NCBI GenBank assembly: GCA_035517195.1
Contig: DATIZH010000027.1
Span: 67,581-131,580, forward strand
DNA: 64,000 bases
Source: Nitrospiria bacterium
Lineage (GTDB): Bacteria; Nitrospirota; Nitrospiria; JACQCE01
Direction: 5' to 3'
Shown here: piece after piece, positions 17,961 to 25,279 of the stretch
Layout of the letters: every line of letters starts with the position of its first letter
Position numbering within the stretch: position 1 is the stretch's first letter
The notes under the pieces: generated by a model
What the model was told of the DNA's origin: nothing
Database searches by the model: none
Seen by the model: the letters and a program-made list of their open reading frames with translations, nothing else
Made by a program: the position numbers and the translations under genes

Positions 17961-18153
17961 CTGGCCCTCGTTGGCCCTGCTCCATTTCGACCACTTCGGC
18001 GGCGGTGCTGCCCTATCCCAGAGCCCATATTCAGGGGGGACGTAGGCCACCCGCTCTGCGACCCGGCCTTTCGACCGGGATTGCTCTTCTCGGTGGTGCG
18101 TCTGGATCCCTGGTCACGGCCACCGACGACCACGGCCGCAACCTTGCCATTGC
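17961..18153 (-). promoter_or_regulatory. About 190 nt of structured, non-coding, GC-rich RNA between a promoter and a terminator; candidate riboswitch or sRNA
   Basis: It lies between the promoter at 18,160-18,187 and the terminator at 17,921-17,960. It contains a 7-bp hairpin capped by a GAAA tetraloop, CCCGGUC-GAAA-GGCCGGG (18,062-18,079). The hairpin is flanked by AGAGCAAUCC and GGGUCGCAGAGC. A long irregular hairpin follows, then UAGGGCAGC. ORFs overlapping this stretch have no coding character. Confidence 0.4.
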
Positions 18154-18159
18154 AGGCTA

Positions 18160-18187
18160 AGAGTAGCACGATGCGCGTGCCTGTCAA
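18160..18187 (-). promoter_or_regulatory. Distal sigma70-like promoter driving the structured leader/sRNA
   Basis: The minus strand reads TTGACA (18,187-18,182), a 16-nt spacer, then TACTCT (18,165-18,160). It is preceded by an AT-rich segment with two tandem 10-mers. Confidence 0.45.
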
Positions 18188-18356
18188 CGCCGATGCCGCC
18201 TGCCAGTTAAGCAAGATTGAGCAAGAATTTCAAATAGTTGAAAAGATTTGGCGGGCCTCTGCCTAATCTTCTATTTGGACTTATTGCATCACTGACAATA
18301 GTGGACGGAAAGCCCCCTCTGGCGGTTTTTTCCGCCTTTTTCCGAACCCCATTGTC

Positions 18357-19136
18357 CTATTCATCTTTGGCGCAGCGAAACCCAAAATGCGGATGATCCC
18401 ACTTTGGGCCGATGCCGTACCGGCTGGCTGCGTGGGTAAAGGGATTGACCGGTGACATCCACGAACCGCCTTTGAGGACTTTGAAATGTTTGCCGAAGGC
18501 CAGCCGCTTCACCGTGCTGCCGGGATAGGCGGCGTACCATGAATCCGTCCACTCCATGGCGTTGCCGGCCATGTCGAAGACGCCATAGGGACTTTTGTCC
18601 GACGGATAGCTGCCCACGGGCGCCGTCCAGTGGCGCCGATCGCCCTGGATATTGGCGTCGCCGCGCTGCCACCGGTCGCCCCAGGGCCAGCGGCGGCCGT
18701 CCGTGCCGCGCGCGGCTTTTTCCCACTCCGCCTCGGTCGGGAGCCGTTTGCCCGCCCAGCGGCAGTAGACGTCGGCGTCGAACCAGTTCACATCCACGAC
18801 CGGGTGATCGTCGGATGGTTTGGGATAGAGCGGGTCGATCCAGATCCTGGGCGGCCGGTGGCCGGTCGCGGTCACAAACGCCCGGTAGGCCCCGACCGTT
18901 ACCTCGTACCGGTCGATGAAATACCCGGGCAGGTCGACCTGATGCTGCGGCAATTCATCGACTCCGATCTCCAACCCGACCGCCCCGTCCGTCGGGTTGC
19001 TGCCCATCAGGAAGCTGCCAGGCGGAATATAGACCATGCCAGGCGGAGCGACCGCCGGACCGGTGAGAGATGAAGCGTGACCCGGCAGCATGGAGCAGGC
19101 TGACAGGAGACTCGCGACCATCATCACGCGACTCAC
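18357..19136 (-). CDS. FGE/SUMF1-fold (formylglycine-generating-enzyme family) lipoprotein lacking the catalytic Cys pair
   Basis: FGE-sulfatase domain signatures are GSFLMGS, YFIDRYEVT, HPVVDVNWFDADVYCRWAGKRLPTEAEWEKAARGTDGRRWPWG, SPYGVFDMAGNAMEWT and LKGGSW...FGFRCA. Lipobox LLSAC is present. The track start at 19,175 is a GTG that overlaps the upstream gene. I prefer GTG 19,136 or ATG 19,124. Confidence 0.8.
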   Translation of the reverse strand: MSRVMMVASLLSACSMLPGHASSLTGPAVAPPGMVYIPPGSFLMGSNPTDGAVGLEIGVDELPQHQVDLPGYFIDRYEVTVGAYRAFVTATGHRPPRIWIDPLYPKPSDDHPVVDVNWFDADVYCRWAGKRLPTEAEWEKAARGTDGRRWPWGDRWQRGDANIQGDRRHWTAPVGSYPSDKSPYGVFDMAGNAMEWTDSWYAAYPGSTVKRLAFGKHFKVLKGGSWMSPVNPFTHAASRYGIGPKWDHPHFGFRCAKDE

Positions 19137-19164
19137 GCGCCACCCGGCTTGTGTTCCCTTGACC

Positions 19165-20982
19165 CTATGGCTCACGAATCACCACCCGCTGATTGGCGAC
19201 CACGTTCCCCAGGGTTTGGACCCGGCCGCTGGGCCAATGGATCTCAATTCGCTCAATGGTGTCGATCGTTCCCAGTCCGAAGGTGAGGATGGATTCGCTC
19301 TGCGACAAATAACTCGATCCGCTCCTGACCATGCGGGTTTGAGTGACGCCGCCGGCCGTCACGGCGACGACCGCGCCGATCGCGTCCCGGTTGCTGACGG
19401 TGCCGCGCAGGTCAAGCCGGAGCCAGTGGCCTTTCGGGGCGCCTTCATTGCGGTATAGACGCGCCGGCCCGCCGTTGTCGGTGAAGACCAGGTCAAGATC
19501 CCCGTCCCCGTCGTAATCGAAATAAACGACGCCCCGGCCCACCATCGGCGTTGAGAGGCCCGCCGCCTCCCCGATCTCTTTCAACGGAGGCCGGCCATTC
19601 CCCGCCACGAACAACAGCGGCCGCTCGCGGTAGGTGACATGCCGTTCCAAACTCTTCACCAGGTCGGCATCCACATGGCCGTTGGCGGTCACGATATCCA
19701 GCCGGCCGTCCAGATCGGCGTCGAAAAACGCCACGCCGAACGTCAGGAAGGGGAGGCTCGGCGCGGTCAGGCCGAGCCGCGGCGCCTGATCCTTGAAGAG
19801 AGCGGCGGCCGCCATCGGCGCCGGCGGAGCGGAGTGCGCTGGCGCGGCGGACCGTTCCCGCAGGTGGAGCGTCAACCCTTCCCCGGCGAAGTTGCCCACC
19901 AGGATGGCCACGCCGCCGTCGTTGAACAGATCCGCGGCGTCGACGCCCATGCCGGCCTTGGCCACGCCGAACCGGCCGACCGACAGGCCCAACAACAGAC
20001 TGTCGTCCGTGAACGTGCCGTCACCGTTGTTCCGATAGAGAAAATTCGGCACTTGATCGTTCGCCACAATCAGATCGAGCTTTCCATCGTCGTTATAGTC
20101 GATCAGCGTGGCGCCCAGCGTTTTGCCCCTCGGGTTGAGCAGGCCGGCCGCCTGGGTGACATCGGTGAAGATCCGCCGGCCGTTCACCATGTCGTTCCGG
20201 TAGAGCCGGTCAGACTCGCCTCGATAGGGATCGGGTCCGCAGAAGAGCTTCACCGAGCCGCTCAACCGGCAGGCCAGATCCGTCTGCGGCGACCATTGCA
20301 CATAATGGCAGACGAAGAGATCCAGATCCCCATCGCCGTCATAGTCGAACCAGACGGCGCAGGTGCTCCAGCCCGTGTCGGCCAACCGGCTTGCCGCCGT
20401 GACATCGACAAAGGAACCCTTGCCAGTGTTCCGGAACAGGCGGACGGCGCCGTAGCCGGTCACCGCCAGGTCCGGAAATCCGTCGTTGTCATAATCCCCG
20501 ACGGCACAGCCCATGCCGTAGGTGTCGAAGACGAGGCCGGCCGGCGCGGTGACGTCGGTGAAGGTGCCGTTGCGGTTGTTGTGATAGAGGGCCGGCGAGG
20601 ATGGTGGCGCGTGGGATTGCCGCGCCGGCGGCGGAGTCGCGGCCGAGCGCGCTTCGTCCGGGGTCCAGGCGCGTCCGTTCACAAAGAAGAGATCCGGCCA
20701 GCCGTCACGATCGTAGTCGATCACGCAGACGCCCGATCCAAACGTTTCGGGATAGAACTTCTGCCCGGCCGCGCCATTCGTATGGATGAATCCGATCCCC
20801 GCCTTCTTGGTCACATCGGCAAACCGGATCCCATCGGCCGCAGACGCGCGGGCCCCGCCTGACACGACCGCCAGACACAGGACCACCGCGCACGCCGACA
20901 GCCCGCCCCACACACTCCGCCGGACGGGGCGGTTCGGAGGAAGTATCGTCAGGGGGGCGGAAATACTGTCCTTGCTCTTCAT
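19165..20982 (-). CDS. CRTAC1-family protein: FG-GAP/VCBS repeats plus a C-terminal ASPIC/UnbV domain
   Basis: D-x-D-x-DG-x-x-DL motifs recur, for example DYDRDGWPDLF, DYDNDGFPDL, DYDGDGDLDLF, DYNDDGKLDL, DADLDGRLDI and DYDGDGDLDL. The C-terminus reads NRDAIGAVVAVTAGGVTQTRMVRSGSSYLSQSESILTFGLG...IEIHWPSGRVQ. The likely start is MKSKDS at 20,982, followed by a signal peptide. Confidence 0.8.
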   Translation of the reverse strand: MKSKDSISAPLTILPPNRPVRRSVWGGLSACAVVLCLAVVSGGARASAADGIRFADVTKKAGIGFIHTNGAAGQKFYPETFGSGVCVIDYDRDGWPDLFFVNGRAWTPDEARSAATPPPARQSHAPPSSPALYHNNRNGTFTDVTAPAGLVFDTYGMGCAVGDYDNDGFPDLAVTGYGAVRLFRNTGKGSFVDVTAASRLADTGWSTCAVWFDYDGDGDLDLFVCHYVQWSPQTDLACRLSGSVKLFCGPDPYRGESDRLYRNDMVNGRRIFTDVTQAAGLLNPRGKTLGATLIDYNDDGKLDLIVANDQVPNFLYRNNGDGTFTDDSLLLGLSVGRFGVAKAGMGVDAADLFNDGGVAILVGNFAGEGLTLHLRERSAAPAHSAPPAPMAAAALFKDQAPRLGLTAPSLPFLTFGVAFFDADLDGRLDIVTANGHVDADLVKSLERHVTYRERPLLFVAGNGRPPLKEIGEAAGLSTPMVGRGVVYFDYDGDGDLDLVFTDNGGPARLYRNEGAPKGHWLRLDLRGTVSNRDAIGAVVAVTAGGVTQTRMVRSGSSYLSQSESILTFGLGTIDTIERIEIHWPSGRVQTLGNVVANQRVVIREP

Positions 20983-21064
20983 GACCGGACTCCAGCCCTC
21001 ATAGCACAGCATGGATCGCCAATGCAACACAAACCAGGGCCGGCGGGCAACGTCCGGCGCCGTG

Positions 21065-21094
21065 TTGACTTGTCCCCGCGAATTCCATTACACT
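21065..21094 (+). promoter_or_regulatory. Sigma70-like promoter of the PD40 lipoprotein pair
   Basis: It reads TTGACT (21,065-21,070), an 18-nt spacer, then TACACT (21,089-21,094). The -10 ends 11 nt before the ATG at 21,106, so the leader would be very short. Confidence 0.45.
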
Positions 21095-21105
21095 TTTTCG
21101 CGTCC

Positions 21106-22068
21106 ATGGTGCTCCGCCGATTCCACTTCGCGGTTGTCGTGCTCGGCCTCCTCGTCGCCGGTTGTCAGTGGACCGAGGGCATGCATTTTGACTTTGTCGG
21201 GCAAGAGAGCCGCGTGACCTACCTGACGCATGATCAATCCGACCACCTGACGCCCACCTGGAGTCCCGACGGGTCCAGAATCGTCTTCGTGTCCAACCAA
21301 TCGGGGAGCTACAAGCTCTGGCTGATGAACCGGGACGGGACGGGGCTCACGCAATTGACGGCGGGGAAGGGCGAGGAACGCTATCCCGCGTGGAGCCCGG
21401 ACGGCGCTACGCTTGCCTTTGCGTCGGATCGCTCGGGCAATTGGGATATCTGGGCTTTGGCGGTGGGGGACCCGCAGGCTCCGGCCCGGCAATTAACGAC
21501 GCATCCGCGCGCCGATCTGGCCCCTGCCTGGAGCCGGGACGGCCGAAAAATCGCCTTCGTCTCTTATCGGGATTTCGAATACAGCATTTATACGATGAAC
21601 GCCGACGGCAGCGACCAACGCAAGCTCACCACCGGCGGGAACGGCGACTGGGGGCCGACCTGGAGTCCGGATGATCACGCCGTGGTCTTTGTCTCCACCC
21701 GTTCCGGCAACGGCGACCTCTATGAGATCAACGCCGAGGCGACACCCATGGGCCCCTACCGTCGCCTGACCTCAACGCCCCAGCGGGACATGATTCCCGC
21801 CTGGAGCCCGGATGGGAGCAAAATCGCCTTTGTGTCGCAACGGAGCGGCACCCGCGACATCTGGGTCATGAATGCCGACGGGACGAATCAGATCCAGCTC
21901 ACGCGGGACTTGTCCGGTCACTGGGAGCCGCGGTACAACATCGACAGCCATTTTATCGAAGGCATCGGCTATTTCTATCTCGCCTGGAGCCCCGACGGGA
22001 ACAGTCTCGCCTATACAGCCGTCAATCATGATGGGCGGGGTGAGATCGCGGTTCTGCGCCTGCAGTAG
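21106..22068 (+). CDS. TolB-like PD40 (WD40-like) beta-propeller lipoprotein
   Basis: The internal ATG at 21,106 gives MVLRRFHFAVVVLGLLVAGC, with a lipobox. The (P/A)WSPDG...(I/L)(A/V)F(V/A)S.RSG...(I/L)W motif repeats seven times. Confidence 0.8.
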   Translation: MVLRRFHFAVVVLGLLVAGCQWTEGMHFDFVGQESRVTYLTHDQSDHLTPTWSPDGSRIVFVSNQSGSYKLWLMNRDGTGLTQLTAGKGEERYPAWSPDGATLAFASDRSGNWDIWALAVGDPQAPARQLTTHPRADLAPAWSRDGRKIAFVSYRDFEYSIYTMNADGSDQRKLTTGGNGDWGPTWSPDDHAVVFVSTRSGNGDLYEINAEATPMGPYRRLTSTPQRDMIPAWSPDGSKIAFVSQRSGTRDIWVMNADGTNQIQLTRDLSGHWEPRYNIDSHFIEGIGYFYLAWSPDGNSLAYTAVNHDGRGEIAVLRLQ

Positions 22069-22069
22069 G

Positions 22070-23020
22070 GTGCGCCGGCGCCCTGCACAACGACCGCCAT
22101 GGCAACGTTTCGTGGCGTGGGGACTCATCCTGACCGCCGCGGCGGGTTGCACCTACCTCCGTCCGTCGCACCTCCTCTTCAGGACGGTCAGCCTCCAGTC
22201 CATTCCCGGCCTGAGCGGCGATCAACGCTTTGCCTCCTGGAGTCCCGACGGAACCAGCCTGGCGGTGATGTCAAACGCTTCGGGCAACTGGGACATCTGG
22301 ACCGTGCGTCCGGATGGGACGCAACTCCGGCAGCTGACGCACGAGCCCTCGAGCGAATATACCGCGGCCTGGAGCCCGGACGGCCGCTGGCTGATCTTCT
22401 CCTCCGACAGGGTCCACCGGATCTGGCCGAACCTGTGGCGGCTCAATCCCCAACAGCCCGAACCGGCTGAGCCGTTCAGCCAGGCCAACGGCAAATACTT
22501 TTTCCCCGCCTGGAGTCCTGACGGCACCCAGCTCGCTTTTCTCTATCTGCCCACCGGCCCGCCTTCGTTTGAGCTCAGGACAATGGCCGTCCCCGGCCGG
22601 AAGAGTCGCATGCTGTCCAATAACGGCATCGTCTTTTCCCCGCCCGCCTGGAGTCCTGACGGGACGCGGATCGCGTTTGCCTCGAACCGTTCGGGCACGT
22701 CGAAGCTGTGGATCTTGACCCTCGACACCGGGGCGTTGCGTCAACTCCTGCGCGGTCCGTCCCAGGAGATGCAGCCGAGCTGGAGTCCCGACGGACGGTT
22801 TCTCGCGTTCACGTCGGACCGGTCCGGCAACTCCGACATCTGGGTCATGGATCTCTCCGCGACCGGCGCGGGCGACGGAGCCGAACCGCCCCTCCAGCAG
22901 CTGACCCGCTCTCCCTCGACCGATCATTATCCTCAATGGAGCCCTGACGGGCGTCGCCTCGTCTTCGTGTCCACACGCTCCGGCCACGAAGCGCTCTGGC
23001 TGATCGATCTGGCCCCATAA
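22070..23020 (+). CDS. Second TolB-like PD40 beta-propeller lipoprotein (paralogue)
   Basis: An in-frame GTG at 22,070, 1 nt after the upstream TAG, gives VRRRPAQRPPWQRFVAWGLILTAAAGC, with a lipobox. WSPDG repeats follow. The longer track ORF starting at 21,872 overlaps the preceding gene. Confidence 0.75.
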   Translation: MRRRPAQRPPWQRFVAWGLILTAAAGCTYLRPSHLLFRTVSLQSIPGLSGDQRFASWSPDGTSLAVMSNASGNWDIWTVRPDGTQLRQLTHEPSSEYTAAWSPDGRWLIFSSDRVHRIWPNLWRLNPQQPEPAEPFSQANGKYFFPAWSPDGTQLAFLYLPTGPPSFELRTMAVPGRKSRMLSNNGIVFSPPAWSPDGTRIAFASNRSGTSKLWILTLDTGALRQLLRGPSQEMQPSWSPDGRFLAFTSDRSGNSDIWVMDLSATGAGDGAEPPLQQLTRSPSTDHYPQWSPDGRRLVFVSTRSGHEALWLIDLAP

Positions 23021-23153
23021 GCGCGCGTCTGGATCACGGCGCACGGGGCGACCGTCCGCGGGCGACCCTGCACGCCGGAGTTGATTTCAACCCGGTGTGA
23101 TGATAGCATCACCGGGAATTGATTCACCGTTTACAGGTGGAAGGAATCGGCTG

Positions 23154-23624
23154 ATGGTCGATCCAACGCGTCCGATTGCCACGCGGATGACGCGGTCTGT
23201 GATCGGATTGGGATTCGCGACCTTCCTGCTGGTCCACTCGGGTCCGGCCTACGGCGTGGACTCGCCCGCCCTTCACTCCCCGCCGTCCGGCTATCATCAG
23301 CTCGACGGGTGCAATCGCCATCTTGGACGGCCCTATCAGCAGAACAATCTGACGCCGGGCGGCCCGATTGAACTGTTATTTTACACTCCGGGCGGATTGA
23401 CGGCCGTTCTCTATTTGCTGGGGGAGGAAGCCATCAGAAACGGACAATCCCTGACCCTGCTGGCCGATTTGGGACCTCTTCCTGTCAACTTCGTCTCATT
23501 TCGATACTCTCAGGGAAGTCCCTTCCCTAGAAATTCGCCATTGAACGGCCAATTTCAGGGTCCCTATTACCAGCTCTGGGTCTATCTGAATGTTGGGTCG
23601 ACGGGAACGATCAAGCCATGCTAG
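23154..23624 (+). CDS. Small secreted hypothetical protein
   Basis: The ATG at 23,154 is preceded by GGAAGGA at a spacing of 9 nt. The signal peptide reads ...MTRSVIGLGFATFLLVHSGPAYG. I recognise no domain. Confidence 0.55.
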   Translation: MVDPTRPIATRMTRSVIGLGFATFLLVHSGPAYGVDSPALHSPPSGYHQLDGCNRHLGRPYQQNNLTPGGPIELLFYTPGGLTAVLYLLGEEAIRNGQSLTLLADLGPLPVNFVSFRYSQGSPFPRNSPLNGQFQGPYYQLWVYLNVGSTGTIKPC

Positions 23625-24190
23625 TCCGTCGCTTCTCTCCTCGACGCCTTGTGGCTCTCCATCTGATGGCGGCCGTGGCGATCTTGATTGGACTGGGCCT
23701 GCCGGCGAGGGAGGGCATGACAGGGGTTCTTCCTCAGCGGGCGCCCACCGCACCGCCCAAGCGATATTTTCCGATCAATCCGTGCCAGAGCCAGTTGGGT
23801 CAGGTCTGGGCGCCGCCCAGCGCCTCGGAGGCTCCGACCGGGAATGTGCCCCCCCTGCTGGGGTTCTATCAAGGTCAACTGACCGGCATGGTCTACTACC
23901 TCAGCGAGAAACATCTCTATCAGCTGCTCCCGAACAGAGGCCAGTGGGGCTTCACGGGTGTGGTCAACTCAACGGTCGATTCCATCACGCTGAGCCCCGC
24001 GCAGCTCAGGCCCAATCGGGACAAGCGCGCCTATGAAATGACCATCATGGTGCACCACGATCAGCCGGTCACGGTGACTTGCGCGGCGCCGACTGCCCCG
24101 GCCCTGAATCAGGGCCAAGGCCAATCCGGCGGAGGCAGCGCCGGTCAGAGCGGTGGAAGCGCAGGCGGGGGATTTAAAAAGCCGAAATAA
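23618..24190 (+). CDS. Small secreted hypothetical protein with a Gly/Ser/Gln-rich basic tail; distant paralogue of the preceding gene
   Basis: It overlaps the upstream gene by 7 nt (ATGCTAG). The signal peptide reads LVALHLMAAVAILIGLGLPA. LLGFYQGQLTGMVYYLSE resembles LLFYTPGGLTAVLYLLGE of the upstream protein. The tail reads GQGQSGGGSAGQSGGSAGGGFKKPK. Confidence 0.55.
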   Translation: MLVRRFSPRRLVALHLMAAVAILIGLGLPAREGMTGVLPQRAPTAPPKRYFPINPCQSQLGQVWAPPSASEAPTGNVPPLLGFYQGQLTGMVYYLSEKHLYQLLPNRGQWGFTGVVNSTVDSITLSPAQLRPNRDKRAYEMTIMVHHDQPVTVTCAAPTAPALNQGQGQSGGGSAGQSGGSAGGGFKKPK

Positions 24191-24194
24191 TGAT

Positions 24195-24216
24195 GGGGCT
24201 CGAAGTCTCGAGCCCC
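24195..24216. terminator. Perfect 9-bp hairpin between convergent genes
   Basis: GGGGCTCGA-agtc-TCGAGCCCC starts 5 nt after the TAA at 24,188-24,190. It is followed by GGTTCTTCTC. The T-tract is weak. Confidence 0.45.
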
Positions 24217-24370
24217 GGTTCTTCTCGCCCGTGTCCTGCGCGTGCTCGGCAAGGGAGGTCCTGGCTCAACTCCCCTTCTCCCCTGTTGCCGTTCGCTCAC
24301 TCGAGTTGCGTTAGTCGACCCCAATCCAGCCGGCTGCAATCCCGTCTGTTTCTGTCTCCTCCGCATCGAT

Positions 24371-25279
24371 TCACCTGGCATCTCTCGCACACCGGAATCC
24401 TTTATCAAACCCGGTATGCCAGTGATCGTTGCGAGACTTGGGCGGCAGTTGCTCAAAGGGGAGTCTCGCGGCAACGCGGGCAAAGGGATAGATCGGCGTC
24501 GCCCAGGAGCCCCCGCGCAGAACCGGATAGTGGCCGAAGGCTCCCCGGTTGAGTCTGCTGCCGGGATAGGGATGGTACCAGTCGTCCACCCATTCGGCGA
24601 CATTGCCGATCATGTCGTAGACGCCGTAGGGACTGACATCCTCCGGATAGCTGCCGACGGCCCGGGCCCATCGCACGCCTGATTCCAGCGTATTGGCCTT
24701 TCGGGGATCGGCATCGTTCCCCCAGGGGAACCGCCGTCCGTCTGTCCCGCGTGCCGCCTTCTCCCATTCGGCCTCGGTGGGCAACCGCTTGCCCGCCCAC
24801 GCGCAATACGCTCTGGCGTCATACCAGTCGGTGTCGGTGACGGGATAATGTTCCTCGCCCGGCGGAGGCGTGCCGATCGGCCACCGCTTGCCGAGCCTTC
24901 CCGACGGATGCTGCGTATAGTTCCAGGTGGCGGGGGAGTAACCCCGGCCGGACTTTACGTACTCGTAATAGTGCGCGTTCGTGACTTCGTATTTATCGAT
25001 GAAAAACGCCATCACGTAGACCCGTTGCTGCGGGAGCTCGTCGACGCCGATCTGAATGCCGACCGAGCCGTCGGACGGCTTGCTGCCCATGAGGAAGTCG
25101 CCAGCGGGGATGAAGACCATGCCCGGCGGAGGGTCGTGGGTCAAGGGGCTCGGGTCAAGGTGAAAAAATGAACACGATGACAACACGCCGCATGCCATGA
25201 CGAGCAGAGCCGCGGGCCGGAGCGTCGGTCTTCTCTCCCGCCTCCTTGCCCCTTGCCCCATGCCATCTGCCCCGTTCAT
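24371..25279 (-). CDS. FGE/SUMF1-fold lipoprotein lacking the catalytic Cys pair (paralogue 2)
   Basis: Signatures are GDFLMGS, FFIDKYEVTN, YPVTDTDWYDARAYCAWAGKRLPTEAEWEKAARGTDGRRFPWG, SPYGVYDMIGNVAEWV and LRGGSW...GFRCARD. The start MNGADG... at 25,279 forms an ATGA overlap with the upstream stop. Lipobox VLSSC is present. Confidence 0.8.
   Translation of the reverse strand: MNGADGMGQGARRRERRPTLRPAALLVMACGVLSSCSFFHLDPSPLTHDPPPGMVFIPAGDFLMGSKPSDGSVGIQIGVDELPQQRVYVMAFFIDKYEVTNAHYYEYVKSGRGYSPATWNYTQHPSGRLGKRWPIGTPPPGEEHYPVTDTDWYDARAYCAWAGKRLPTEAEWEKAARGTDGRRFPWGNDADPRKANTLESGVRWARAVGSYPEDVSPYGVYDMIGNVAEWVDDWYHPYPGSRLNRGAFGHYPVLRGGSWATPIYPFARVAARLPFEQLPPKSRNDHWHTGFDKGFRCARDAR

Noticed and set aside
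17805-18266. Track ORFs in the gap upstream of the giant gene: plus-strand 17,805-18,266, 17,812-18,045 and 17,873-18,160, and minus-strand 17,903-18,214 (103 aa).
   Set aside because: They have no coding-like composition or motifs. They overlap one another and run through a predicted promoter, a GNRA hairpin and an intrinsic terminator. I treat the region as non-coding RNA/regulatory.
18318-18345. GGCGG-TTTTTT-CCGCC-TTTTT downstream of the FGE gene as a terminator.
   Set aside because: The stem is only 5 bp. The T-tract follows it on the plus strand, where there is no upstream gene. On the minus strand no U-tract follows. It is not convincing as the terminator of the minus-strand operon.
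18357-19136. Calling the three FGE-sulfatase-domain proteins genuine formylglycine-generating enzymes or sulfatase maturases.
   Set aside because: The C-x4-C catalytic cysteine pair expected after the (R/K)GGSW motif is absent from all three. No sulfatase gene is nearby. I can support only the fold assignment.
19639-20862. A 407-aa plus-strand ORF antisense to the CRTAC1-like gene. Similar long antisense ORFs lie at 50,915-52,570 (551 aa, opposite topA), 57,554-59,425 (623 aa, opposite mrdA), 54,773-55,843 (opposite rng) and 26,202-27,296 (opposite the cytochrome).
   Set aside because: Their composition is typical of high-GC antisense frames (Arg/Gly/Pro/His runs). The opposite strand encodes proteins with unmistakable family signatures.
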